Assembly: GCF_009914755.1 (NCBI RefSeq)
Contig: NC_060937.1
Reading direction: 5' to 3' (one strand)
Length of the DNA stretch: 64,000 nt
DNA from: the human T2T-CHM13v2.0 reference genome, Homo sapiens
Shown: positions 44,726 to 58,200 of the stretch, piece by piece
Layout: each line of letters begins with the position of its first letter
Position numbering within the stretch: the first letter of the stretch is position 1
Made by a program: the position numbers and the translations under genes
The notes under the pieces: generated by a model
What the model was told of the DNA's origin: nothing
What the model saw: only the letters and a program-made list of their open reading frames with translations
Database searches by the model: none

Positions 44726-46104
44726 CCAGTTATAACGCCCACTTTTGTTTGTTTAAAAAAGGCAGGAAATTGTGGTAGTTGAGAGCACAAGCTTTAGAGA
44801 TCAGCAGAGCTGGGCTGCACTCCCTCCTTGGCACTGACTGGCTCTGTGGCCTGGGTAAATAACTTGACACTTCTGAGCCTCAGTTTTTTCACCTGTGGAA
44901 TGGGGCTAATAGAACCCTACATAGTAGAGCTGCTATGAGACTTGACATAGATGACATCTGAGAATGACTCACCCAGGGCCTGGTACTCATAGCCTGAAAA
45001 GCATGGGGCAAAGATGGGGCTTTGGGCAGGGGATTAGGAACATTAAGTCCACCTATGCGGAGGCACTTGGCTTAGGCCCAGGCCCCAGGTGGCGGGTGTC
45101 CATCTGGATAGTGGAAGGCAGAGGTCGGGCCAACTTCCTGCCTTCCTGAGATGCTGTCAGGGTGGAGGAGATGACGTGTGGAAGTCCTTGGAGTGAGCTG
45201 CCACGTTAGCACCAAATCACCAGCACGATCATTCCTTCCATTTGTCACTGACGATTTTATAGTCGCAACAAGACAGTTTTCAGTGTGAGGCGGGCCTCAG
45301 TTCACACCCCAGGCATCTGGCTGTCATGCAGCCACAGCAAACCTATTCGCTTGGGTCTTACTGCTTAATTATTGCAACTGGCATGGCTTCGGGTACCTTG
45401 AGAGCCCTTGGACATATACCATACGTTCTGGGCAGGAAGCTCTCCTGGCGTGAGGATGCTGCTTGTCACTCCAGCAGCTCCCCTCTGTTAAGTGGTGGAT
45501 CTTCTCCAAATGCGCAGCCCCAAATGCACAGGAAGCCAAAGCTTGGCACTCAGAGCTGCCAGTGCCTTGCTCACGCAGGACCACTTGTCAGCCAGGCCGT
45601 CCAGCATTTGTCACCAGTGGTGATTCTCAGCCTGGCAATGGGAAGAGGCAGGCGGATGGTGAGCCAGGGAGCCAGTCTCATGTTTCACATTCTGGGAAGC
45701 CAGATTTGTACAAAATAGATCGAATCCAACAGTCCTTCATCCCCCAGGTCCAAGTGAAGAGCTACGTCCTGTGCCCATGCAGGTTGGCTCTTGGTATAGA
45801 GCCAAGGAGAGCTTGACTCCTTCCATCAACCAACCTATATTTATTGAGCATCTACTATGTGCCAGGGGCTGTGCTCAGCCCTGGTGATGCAGAAATGGGG
45901 AAGACTAGGGGAACCTCAGGAAGCACTGCATGCTCAGGCAGGGACAGCAAGATCAGGATCTGGGATGACGAGTCAGCCACCGAGGAGGTCAGGCAGGGAT
46001 GAGTGTCCCTGAGCCTCATATGCCTGAGAAGAAGCCTCTGACAGAGCATCCTGCAGCAGGGCATGGGAGGGGGCCACTCCAGTCTATTAATGATACTCAG
46101 TTCA

Positions 46105-46165
46105 CCAAGTTTTTACCAAGCCTCTACTATGGGCTGGGCATAGTAGAGGCTTGGTAAAAACTTGG
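46105..46165. repeat. Perfect inverted repeat, 27-bp arms, 7-nt spacer
   Basis: CCAAGTTTTTACCAAGCCTCTACTATG-ggctggg-CATAGTAGAGGCTTGGTAAAAACTTGG. Confidence 0.97.
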
Positions 46166-47049
46166 GTTTCATTGATAAATGTTTAAAAGATCTCAGCCCT
46201 CACTGAACTTATATAAAGACCTCAGAGAATCCAAAATCTGCAAACTGAATACATTCTAATCCCTCTTGATCTGAGAATATTCCAGGGAAACTGGGGCTCT
46301 ACGAAACCCAGCTTCTGCCTCACAGATTGGCCATGAGGCAAAGGACTTGGGCTGCCAGTGGCTTAGGACATCTTAGCTGCCAGCTTCCCTTCTCTGCCAG
46401 CAGCACGGGGGTTGGTCAGAGGTAAAACGAATGGGGGTCAAGTGTCAGTCATGGTACCCTGGAGTATTTCCAAATGCCTGATGCCAGGAAGTCTTGGCCC
46501 CAATTATTTTCTAAGGGACTAGGACAATATCTTGACTTCTCCAATTCCCAGTGTGGCACAAAGGGTCAATACAATACACCCTCTCTTTCATAGAGCCTGG
46601 TCACCTAAGCTGGAGTCCATAGACCATCCCAGAACTTTCTGCTGAAGGGCTGCCATCCAGCACAGACCACATAGGCCTATTGCATGGGAGAATCCAGCTT
46701 GTGCCTGTAGCCTCCTGGAGAGATTGGAGGGGCTGCTGAGTGGCCAGACACTGAGAGAACCTACAGGATTTTCACTGGAAAGATGAACTAGCAGTGGCTG
46801 GGCTGGAGGCACAGGGAGATGGGGACAGCACCCAGCAGGCAGGGCCCTGCTGGTCTGTCTGGGTTTGCATTTCACATCCCCGTGCTGAGGTATTTGGAGA
46901 GGAGGCACTTTCTGAAGGAAGAGGAGTAAGGCCTTTATCTTCAGGTGTGACCAGAGAAATATTCCTCCCCCAGGAGAAGAAAGGGAAAGCAAAAGGCAAA
47001 TGAAATTTCAGAAGTGAATCAGGAATGAAAGACCAAGAATCTAGCTCAA

Positions 47050-47255
47050 GATATGTCAACTTGGATATTTGGGGCCAAATAATGAATTCTTTATTGGAGA
47101 AGGCTGTCCTGTGTACTGTAGAAAGTTTAGCATCATCTCTGGTCTCTGCCCGCCAGATGCCAATAGCACCCCCAACCCTCACCAAGGTTTGCAGCCAAAA
47201 ATGTCTCCAGATGTTGCCAAATGTCCCCCAGGGCCAAAATCAACCCTGGCTGATC
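47050..47255. mobile_element. MER20
   Basis: 'ggctgtcctgtgtactgtagaaagtttagcatcatctctgg...aaaatgtctccagatgttgccaaatgtcccc'. Confidence 0.85.
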
Positions 47256-48374
47256 TAGCGGTTTCCCTGGGCAATCTTCCCCAGTATCTGCTTGACCAAC
47301 TTTTAGCATGGCTGCTTTGTCTCAGCCCAGGATTTTCTAGGTTTTAACATGAAAACTCCCATAGCCCCTCAGTCCTGGGCAAGCAGGGACAGTCAGTCAC
47401 TCTACCAACCCCTTCGCCCTCTGTATGAGCCCCTTGATCAATGCCCAGCCTGTCCTGCCTCACCAGCACACGCAGCCGCTTTCATTCGGCTCGCCTTCCT
47501 GTCCTCCACAGCACTCTCCCCTGAGCAGCCTGTCGAATTTAGATGACTGTTGACTGCCCTCTCTCTCCATTTAAACTCCCTCAAGGTGGGACCACTGTCT
47601 GCTTTCTTCGCCGATCTGCGCCGCCTGCCCAGAAAAGTGCCTGGCACAAGGCAGATTTGTAACAAATGTTGTGTGAAGGACCAGGACTCCAGAAACATTA
47701 TGGGCTTCTGTGACCTTTACGACTTCTCCACTGTTGCTTATTTTCATTTTCCCAGCATGTTCTCTGGCAGTGACCAAGAAAACTCTTCCCACAGACAGGG
47801 CCTGTGGGTGTGTCTTTGGGGACAGCTGAGACCCTGTGTCTCTTTGCTGCCAGTCAGGGAGCAGTGGAGGAAAGAGACCCAAGGAGTCAGCAGCCTGGAA
47901 TCTGGAGAAAGGAGGCAGGGTCTGATATGAGGAAGGGGGCCTGGGGCCTTCAATGAGAGGCCACTAGCTACGATGATGTTGCCAGAGCCCACCCTCAGCA
48001 CCATGGGACAGGTGCGTATCTCAGGCTCTGGCAGTGTCTGTGGCATATAACATCAACAAATATTTCCTAGGCTGAGCATTTACAAGAAAACACAAGACCT
48101 GTTGTGGTTAAGAGCTTGGGCTTTGGGGTCAGGCAGCATTGACTTCAAATGCAGGCACTGCCAGTTTATAGCTGCCTGACCTTGAGCAAACTCCTTCCCC
48201 TCTCTACGTCCTCGCACCCTCATCTGTCAGATGGAAATAAGACTGATACTCACCTCATAGGCATTACCGCCTTACTGTTGTGAGGATTAAATCAGATTAC
48301 AAATGCAAATCCCTTAGCCTGGTGTACGGCACAAAATGAACACTGTGTATGTGGGGGAGAGAAACTAGAGATAC

Positions 48375-48908
48375 TGTATTTTTTGTCAAATACTACATAA
48401 CAAATCATCCTAAAATTTAGTGGCTTAAAAGCAGCAATAATAATTTATTTACATCTCTTACAGTTTCTGTGGACCAGAAATTCAGGAGTGGCTGGGCTGG
48501 GGGCTGTGGCTCAGGGTCTCTCATGAAGTTGCAGTCAGATGTCAGCCAGGGCTGTGATCTCATCTGAAGTCTTGATCAGGACTGAGGATCCTCTCCCAGC
48601 CTCACCTGTGTGGCTGACAAGCTGATGCTGGCCTTTAGCAGGAAGCCTCCATGCTCTCAATATCAGCTTCTGCACAGGGCTATTTGAGAATTCACAGAAT
48701 ATTTTGGCTGACTTCCCTCTGAACAAGTGATCCACAAAACAAGGTGGAAGCCTCAATGCCTTTCCTGCCCAGCCTTGGAAGTCACATATCATCAGCTCTG
48801 CCACATCAGCTGGCCTCACAGACCAACCCTGATGCAGCGTGGGAAGAGACCATATGAGGTGCAAAAATCAAGGGTCATTGGGGGGTACCTTGGAGGTTGT
48901 CTATCACC
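48375..48908 (-). mobile_element. MLT1F/G/H-like LTR
   Basis: 'aacaaatcatcctaaaatttagtggcttaaaa...cagtttctgtggaccagaaattcagg...tctctcatgaagttgcagtcagatg'. Confidence 0.75.
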
Positions 48909-50205
48909 TGAAATTTGATCTTGAAATGGGGACTTGCTGCACTCAGACCCTAACAACCACGTTGCATTTCTGCCTCCCTCTGCTCATCCGTAAAATGAAG
49001 CGCATTGCTGAGCACAGTTTTACTAGTTCATTCAAGCATCTGTTTCCCAAGTTAGTCTGCAAGCTGCTTAAAGATAAGGACTACAGCTTCTTTATATCTC
49101 TATCTGTATCCTCACAACATCATCTCTATCCTCTCAATGCCTTGGTGCATGCTCAACGGATGAATGGAAAGACTGGATGCTCTTCAGCAGGGACCTACAG
49201 TTTCTACTTCATCCCTGAGTTCTAATGAGCCAAAGCCCAGGCAGCTCCAGAAGCTCCAGTGTTTGACACGCAACCCCACACAGGCGGAGGTTCTAGAGCT
49301 GTATGGGTATGGATGCAGCTCCAGAAGTCTGCAGCCTTCCAGGAGGGGGGCGTGAAGACAGAACTGTACCTCCCAATCCCTCCTGACCTGACTCACATCA
49401 GCCACCAAGCTTGGGTGGACAAGGTATTCCTCGGTATTAGGTTTAATCCCAGACATTAAGATTTGGGGTGATTTTTCTTTTAGGCTTTTCTATGTATTTC
49501 AGATTTACCACAATGAATGTGTGTTTGTTTAGTGCAGAGAGAAAAATAAGGAAAAATAGAAACCTCAGTAAGCTGTTGTAATTTTTACACTGGCTTGCTC
49601 AAGCAGAGTTCCAGATCCGGCTCTTCTGTAGGATACATTCACTGAGGGGTCACCTCCCCTGGGTTTCCTCACTGTTTGTTCAGGAAGACAATGACTAATC
49701 TGTAAAATGGGAAAGTTAACCTTTACTTTCTTCTCATTTTACACAGAATTGTTTGCAATAATTAGTGAGACATTGATGGACAGATGGTTGAGATCTGGGG
49801 AGAAGACACTGGAAGGCCAGATGGCCAGTGACGAAGGAGGAGAGAATGGGATTGTTATCAGGATAACACTGACCACCCCTAAAATTGCACTGTGCCTCCA
49901 CTGCCCGAATAATTACACCCATTCTCCTTAATGGATTCTGCCGGAGGGGACCTGCCTTTGAAGGCTCACATTTAATTGTTATTATCATTATTACTATAAT
50001 TAGTATAATGTAATGGATTCTGGACTTCATGCATTGCCTCTATATAACAGCAAAGTTCCTAGCAGCCAGCTGGTGTAGAGGACAGAAATTCCACTTTTTC
50101 TTCAGAAGCCACTGAGAATGTAAAGACACCACTGAAATCCTCAGACTCACTAGGCCTGGCTTTAATAAGCATTTCCCCCTGTTTCTTTTTTTGCTCCCTC
50201 TACAG

Positions 50206-50370
50206 AAACAGCTTCTCAGTGAAAATTGTCATGACAACCTGGAGAGAGGAAACGTTCTACTGCAAGCCGAGCGTGGGGACCGAGGGTCGGCGTCACAGTG
50301 AGAGAGCCATGATGGAGGACGGGGTCACCCTGCTTGCCCAACGCGGGGAGCTCCGTCATACAGAACCCCA
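50206..50370 (+). other. Candidate 165-nt spliced exon of an unknown transcript
   Basis: Strong acceptor 'tttccccctgtttctttttttgctccctctacag|' and donor 'cca|gtgagt'; CpG-rich unique sequence; no transcript evidence. Confidence 0.35.
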
Positions 50371-53300
50371 GTGAGTTCTGGAGGTCACGCTCTGTTTCAT
50401 AAATGAAAAGCTGGGGCAGGGGCCTTGCCACACGGACACTCCTCGGGCCTCACAAGCTCCTGTGGGTGACCAGGCTGCTCCCCACCGCCGGCGTGGGCTG
50501 TTGCTACCCTGCACATCCCTCGGGTGGGCAGCGGTGCTTGAAACGCCAGCTCCCGCCCTTCCTGCCTAGTGGCTTGACGGCTTCATTGTGCTAACCACCC
50601 AGGCAAGCTTGCGTGACTAACGGAGGAGCGTCTCCCCTTAGATTCTTCCCGCCCGGAGCCGGGGACAGCAGGTTGTTTATCACGGAAGGGCTGGGAAGAG
50701 CTTTTCAGAAAGGCCTTGGGGACTCTCTGTGTGGCATGGAACAGAGAGTGCCTGCCCACCCCAGGCAGCCAGATGCAGCCCCTGCCTGCTTCCCCCTCCC
50801 TGGCTATGTGCGTTCCAGAAAACCACCTGACCTCCAGATTCTCTCTCGTCCAGTGGAGATTCTCCTGCCCGAAGGCAGGCGCTCTCCAAGGTCCCTCTCC
50901 CCAGAAGAGCCACGATCCCAGGAAGCCGGCTTGTGCAGAGGAAAGAACCGCACCTCGTTGTCAGAACAACCCCAGCTCTGCCACCTACACCTTGTGTGAC
51001 CTTGGGCAAGTCAGAGAAACTTCTCAGATGCACAATCTCGTCACGCTCCTAGTTTCCAAGCCCACACACCTGAGGGTCAATGTCCCTTATTGCACCCCCA
51101 CCCCATACCGACTCCATCAGCAAGTCCTGTTTGTTCTTGCCCCAAGTATCTCTCCTGTCTGCCCATTCCCTGCATCTCCCCCGTCACCACCCCGGGCCAG
51201 TCCCCGTTACCCGCACCTGGAGGTCTGCACCAGCCCCACCTGCACTCCGGCGTCCACTCTCGCCCCCATTGCTGTGATCTCCACACAACCACGAGCGGCC
51301 TTGAGAGCGCAGCGAGGCCGTGAGGCTGCGCAGAGCCCCTCAGTCAGCAGGACCGCGCTCACGGTTCAGTGGGCCGTCTGCTAGAGGCTTTCCGCAGTTC
51401 ATTCCTTCTCCCCACACAACTCTGAAGGTAAGATGTCTATTATCACACCGTCCCACTTTACAGTGAGGAAACGGAGGTCCAGGGAGGTGAAGGCTCTGGC
51501 CCAATCACAGACTAGTGAGGGATAGAGCCCGGATTTGGACCTAGGCAGTCGGACCCCAAGTCCATACCCTGGGCCTCACGCTGGATTGTTCCAGATCCCA
51601 CACCAGCTCCCGCAGGTCCTCGCCAGTGTCAGCCCTCACCAGGCTCCCCCCGCCCATTGTGCTCCACTCACCCCGCCTCCCCCTGCAGGCAGGGCACATG
51701 AGCACCTCCAGACCTTTGGCATCTCCCCTCCCCTCGCCACCTGGCTGAATTGTCCCCTTCAGCCCTCTGAGCCTCCCTCCTCCTCAAGGACACCCCGGCC
51801 TCCTGATCTAGAGGATGGAGCACAGGGAGAAAGCACAGGTGTGTTTCTCCCTGGCTGCTGCTGGTCTCCCCAGTTGGTCTATATGACCCAGGAAGTCATG
51901 TCCAGGTCTGTGTCCTCTGCCGTCGTGTATGCTGGCAAAGCGTGATACCAGCACACAGGAGGGGAAGTCAGTATCCTCGTGATGGGCAGAACGGATGAGC
52001 ATCGATGCAGAGGTGCTGGGAGGCCAGCCCGTGGCCCAAATGAGAGCTTGGTGATCTACCTCTGCCCCATGGAGGGGGCACCTGCCAGTCAATCTGGAGA
52101 GGGGCGTGTGCTGGCAAAAGAGGGTGCCCCTGAGCTAAAGCCCTGGTAGGAGGGTGGAGGAGAGGGAAAGGACTCAAGAAGGACTTCTGAGTGGGCGATA
52201 CACTGGAAGTGGGGAGTGAGGAGACTGAAGCATCCAAGGTGGTGCCCGGGTGGCAGGCTGGTGTGCTGGGATGGAAATGAAGAGAAGACACGGGGCTGCC
52301 CTCAGAAGGGGTGGTGGCTGGGAAGAGGAAAAGCAGTCAGCCCTAAGTACTTAAAGTATCTGGCAATTTATAGCAAGTGTCATTAAAGGGGAAAAAGTTG
52401 TGGGGAGAAGAATGTTTTTGGAATTTGTGACCTCCACACGGGCTGAGGCATTTCTCCTTGAGGTGCCTGCTCTGGCCACCTGAGCAGGCCCTGACTCACA
52501 GAAGATGGAGGAGACACCGAAATGCTCTCTCTTCTTCCTAAAATGCATAGGTATTTTACCCAGATTGATTCATTACTCCCAAAGTTAAATTAGGGGCATT
52601 TTGTTGACAGTCACCGGTGAGTTCTGAGGAGGGCTCTGGAAGGGGAAATAAGAACTAGAAGAGGCTCTGTCGGTGACCCCTGCCCCAACCCCACTCTGGG
52701 AAGGGGTTCAGGGAAGGGAAGAGCGAAGGAGGCTGAGGACCAGGCGGGTCCTGGCCAAGAGGAAGCCGCCTCTTGCCTTGGACCTAGGCATCAGACCGGC
52801 AGGCATTGTGCTGTGGGGCCAGCTATTTCAGAGGAAGAGAACTTCCTGACCTTAACCCTGCCCTGCTATTAAAACACCGTCATAACTAGCTGGCCCATAC
52901 CTGCCTCTGGAGCCTGGCTGTCACTACTTTCTGTCTGGGGTAGAGGACAATCTGGCGTGTCTTCTAGGCTCAGCATCAACACACATCATCCAGTGTATAT
53001 TTTAGTACCGTCTTTACAGGCCTGACTCAGGGCAGGGGAAGTCGTCGGGAAAAACCACGCTCATGGCTCTGCCATTGTCTCTGTGTGTGGAGACATCAGC
53101 TACCCTCACTGGGCCTGAGATATTCATCTCTCCAATAAGCTTAGATCAGAAAGGCCATCTTGCAGCTTTTTAAAAAAAGAGTTGGACTCTTTTTTTAAAT
53201 TAAAAAAAAGTTAAACATTTTAAACAATAAAATCTTATGTGTAACATCAATGTAAAAAGCAGATCAGGGTGAAACATACTGCTTATCCGGGGCTGGGCAG

Positions 53301-54822
53301 GGCCGAGCCCTCCTGTCCCCTTTCCCCCGCCCCACCCCGCATTGCTCCAAAGAACTTCCAGGGCCCAAGGAGCCCAATTCAAAACCCTCTGAATGAGGTG
53401 CTTGCTAAGAACATCCTGCAGCTCCCAGTGACTTCCCAAGAGAGCTTTCTCGGGGCTCCAGGTTTCTGCTTGGACTCCCTGAGGGCGTGCCTGGGAAACC
53501 CACTGCAGGGCCCCCAGTCCATGGTCCCAGAGGTGTGAAGGCATCTGCTTCACCTTCCATGCCGGCCTCCCAGGAGATGAGGAGGAATTCAGTCCCACGT
53601 TCGGGCAACCGTTGCTCAGCATTAGCAGCCGTCAGCAAGTTGACACTGGAGCTCCAGCCAAGTGGTATGACATGCCGCCCCTGCAGATGTGGTGCTCTGT
53701 ACCTCTTAGACCCAGGAGCTGTCTGCATGTGACGTCCGATAAATGAGTGTTTCCTTTAACAAGTCTTAAGCCAGGCCCTGAAGCTAAGTCGCAGAGTGAG
53801 TATCTTCCTTGAGCCCGTCACCCCACAACATTCACAAATAAGAGCCCCTGCGGAGAAGCAGGCTATGTAGTCAGATAGACATAAGTCAGACCCCCCAGCC
53901 TGTGTTCTCACCTGTGAAATGAGAAAGATCACAACAGCGACACCCGAGCTGTTGTTTGGAGAAGATGAGAGAGTGTGCACAGCTCACACCATCCTCTGCA
54001 CCGCAGCTAACACTGTTAGCACCATCACATGGGCCCCTCTGCAAAGAACTGCCCACCTCATGAGAAATCATATGCTGAACCAGACCCCCGGGCCAGTTCC
54101 CAAACTGGGTCTCACACCTATCTCTCTGTTTTGAATACCAGATATTCTAAATACAACATCATTGATATAATCTGAGATACTAGATGATGTTATCCGCCTG
54201 CCTGCAGAGGATTTACTTTTGCTTTTGGCAGGCATTTAGGCCAGGGGCAGATTGTCTTAAGCCAGACTGGATGAGCTGATTCAAAGCTGGTTTCGGTCTT
54301 TGTGAAGATGGGTCTATTTCTGGTTCAGCGTTTTGCCTGGGGATATCCCGTCCGCTGCCCCACCTGAAAGTCTGGAGTGCTTGCCTGGCCGCCTCCTGCA
54401 CAGCAGGGCCTGAACACTGAGGTGTGTTTCCCCAGCCCTGTGAGACTGCCCAAAGTTCTACTCAGCTTCTCAGCCCCTCCACCGACACTCTGAATTGGCA
54501 AATGCTTCAGCAGGGAAAGTGGACCTGAATGTCCGGCACCCTCTCTGTGATCCCCTTCTCCTCTTGATTTTGGTTCCTCAAGTCCTCACTGCCCTGGGAG
54601 CACTCTGATACCCTCAGCAGAGTTTCGAAAATATTTTATGCAGTTTTCTAGTTGTTCTCAAGGGGAGGGTTAGTTGGAGAAGAACACTGTAGCCAACCAT
54701 CTTGGAAGTGACTGTTCCTATTTTACTTTAATGCTCATTTAGGTATTTTAAAAATTATTCTGTTTTCCTGAAACAGAAAAAAAATTCAGAAAATTTTTTT
54801 CTGAAACAGAAAAAAATATTCT

Positions 54823-55176
54823 GTTTTCTTCATTTGGGCTGGCATAACAAAAATACCATAAATGAGGCAGCTTATAAACAACAAACATTTGTTTCCCACA
54901 GTTCCAGAGGCTGGGAAGTCCAAGATCAAGCCACTAGCAGTGTCTGGTGAGGGCCTCTTCCTCATAGATGACACCTTCCATGTGTCCTCACATGGTGGTA
55001 TGCACTGGCTAGCTCTCTGCAGTCTCTTTTCTAAGGGTACTAGTCCCATTCATGAGGGCTCTGTCCTCATGACCTGATCACCTCTCAAAAGGCCCCATCT
55101 GCTGATACCATCACCTGGGGGGTTAGGATTTTGCATATGAATTGGGGTAGAGGCACAAACATTCAGACCTTAGTGC
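54823..55176 (-). mobile_element. MLT1A0-like LTR
   Basis: 'catttgggctggcataacaaaaataccata...ggctgggaagtccaagatcaag...cacaaacattcagaccttag'. Confidence 0.85.
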
Positions 55177-56418
55177 TATGCTTCATTGATTTAAGGATGG
55201 TCTCATTGGGATGTTGGGGGTAGAAAAGATCCATGTCTTCCATGCTAGTCTAGGAGTGCATTCTTCAGGAGGCAGAATGGCAGAATGGGAGGAGGGTCTC
55301 CAGTCATGGATGCTGGTGGCCCATTGTTATAAACCACAGGGCAGGGTCAATGAGGGCACATTGCCTGGTGGTTTCCTCCAGCTGAGTTCAGAAGGCATTT
55401 TTCCTCAGCAAGACCACAAACTAGTTTGATCAATAACTTTTCCTCCAAGTAGTACAGTTTGGAAATGAGGTAAGAGAGCCATCTCCTGGTAAGAAATATG
55501 GCAGTGTGTGAGGGAGGCCTGCAGCGACTCCGGCACTGTGTGGAGCCCTGTGGGTCCCTGGGAAGTCTGGGGTTTGGGAAGGTGCCCAGAGTGAGTGGAT
55601 TCCTGGCCCTGTGTTCACCCGATCTTCAACAAGTGCAGCTCCCGTTTTATCTGTTTTATATACTGGGTTCCTAAGAAAAGTTTTCCACCATTGGGGAATT
55701 TCAGAAGTTGCTCCACCATCAGATAAATTGGAAAACCACCCCATCGAGCTCAACTGCTTCATTTTATAAACCAAAGTCCCCGGAGGTAAAATGACTTCCC
55801 CAAGGTCATGCAAATGATTCATGGTGAAAACAGGACAAAACGGTCTGACCTCCATCCAGCGCTCTTCCTACCACCCCACACTGTCTTTTGGAGATGCAGT
55901 TTCCTAGAAGATCTTTATTTTAGAACAACACTTCTTTTAAAGAGCACTGCTCTGTGCTTTTGTGTAGAGCTGCATGGACTTTTCTCACAAACGTCCCCAG
56001 AGGACATGGAACAAACAGGGCTGTTGATATTTTCCTGCTGGGAGGTCAAAGGCCCACCAGAGGAGCTCAGTGCCCTGCCAGGGGCCTGTCCTGGCTCTCC
56101 TGCTCACCCTGTGACGTTGACTCATCCTGCCACCTCGAGGGTCTCTGTTTCTTCCTTTGTAACATGAGAAAAGCAGAAAGCCTAAGATCTTCACATTCTG
56201 TGGGAAGCACTTCAGTCAGGGGAATCCCCCCATGTGGCTGGAGTCACCCTGACACCACCGCATAATGATTCATCCTTCTCTTGGGAAGCCAATGAGATCA
56301 ACAAGCCAAGACTATGGGCTCTTCACAAGGGAGGAGTGATGTCTCTGCATCAAGGGAGAAGAAATACTATACCAGCAAATCCGTGCTTGAAGATTCCCCC
56401 ATTCCTCTTTAGGAATCA

Positions 56419-56773
<355 letters not shown>

Positions 56774-56854
56774 TCATCCCTGTGGCTGATTAAGATAAAA
56801 TAAAGTTATGATGAGATGTTACTAGGGACCTACAATTCTTCCCTGGGGAAAAGG

Positions 56855-56855
<1 letters not shown>

Positions 56856-56896
<41 letters not shown>

Positions 56897-56910
56897 ACAC
56901 TCTCTCTCTC
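56856..56910 (+). repeat. Compound (CA)n(CT)n microsatellite
   Basis: Read directly. Confidence 0.95.
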
Positions 56911-57574
56911 TTTTGCTAGAACGGGCTGGAACTGTTCTTGCAAAGACTGGGCTGAGATGCATGAGTAAATCTGACGTGTCCACCCTCATCTCTACAGGAT
57001 CAGCCCCAGCTCTGGGGCCCAGGACTGCTTGGCTCATCGAAGAATCCCGCCATGCAGGTATGACCTGGATAGTACTTGACATTGCATTGTAGTGGGGAAA
57101 AATAAAAAGGAACATGAAACCTATTGGCTGGTCTTTTATGTCCTCTAATTCCCATCTCGTTGGAGTAAAATGAACAAAATTACCATCTGGTACAGGAAAG
57201 TGAAGTTGCCCATGTCTGTCAGACCCTAAAACACACCTGACAGGGTTTACTGACTGGGAGCTAGATGAGAAGAGAACATCAATTGAGAAGAGAACAAAAC
57301 TATAGCTCCCAATACAGAGATAGGTTGAAAGAACTACAAATAAACTCCTCAGATTTGGCAAGGAGTTGTATGTCAATCTAGGATTAATGCGCAATGGCCG
57401 TGCAATAAAGGCCACCAGCCATCATCCCCAACCCCATGCCCATCAGCACTGAAGGCCACACAGTCACCTGAGTTCAAAGGCTGTGGAAAGAGCATGAGCT
57501 TTGGGGCCAGGCCTGACTTCAAATCCTGGCTCTTTCACTAACAACCATGTAACTCAGGCTCTCTGACCCTCAGG

Positions 57575-57851
57575 TTTTTTTTTTTTTTTTTTGAGACGGA
57601 GTCTCCCCTGCAACCTCCGCCTCCCAGATTCAAGCAGTTCTCCCGGGTTCATGCCATTCTCCTGTCTCAGCCTCCCGAGTAGCTGAGACTACAGGCGCAT
57701 GCCACCACACCCGGCTAATTTTTGTATTTTTAGTAGAGACAGAGTTTCGCTATATTGGTCAGGCTGGTCTCGAACTCCTGGCCTCAGGCGATCCACCTGC
57801 CTCAGCCTCCCAAAGTGCTGGGATTACAGGTGTGAGCCACCACACCCGACC
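57575..57851 (-). mobile_element. AluS with internal deletion and duplication
   Basis: Antisense Alu lacking ~40-45 nt after 'gagacggagtctc' and carrying the 'ctccc..ttca...ttctcc' block twice. Confidence 0.9.
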
Positions 57852-57906
57852 AGCTTTCTTATCTGTAAAATGGGGATAGCAATGCCTTCCTCATTGACAT
57901 CCATGA

Positions 57907-58200
57907 GGCTGGGCACAGTGGCTCACACCTGTAACCCCAGCACTTTGGGAGGCAGAGGTGGGTGGATCACCTGAGGTTGGGAGTTCGAGACCAGCCTGGC
58001 CAACATGGCAAAACCCCATCTCTACTAAAAATACAAAAATTAGCCAGGCGTGGTGGCAGGTACCTGTAATCCCAGCTACTCAGGAGGCTAAGGCACAGAG
58101 AATCACTTGAACCCAGGAGGCGGAGGTTGCAGTGAGCCAAGATCGCGCCATTGCACTCCAGACTAGATGACAGAGCGAGACTCTGTCTCAAAAAAAAAAA
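57907..58200 (+). mobile_element. AluS
   Basis: Full sense Alu. Confidence 0.95.

Noticed and set aside
50716-51384. 222-aa ORF
   Set aside because: Starts at TTG rather than ATG, runs through MIR- and L2-like sequence, and has no recognisable homology.
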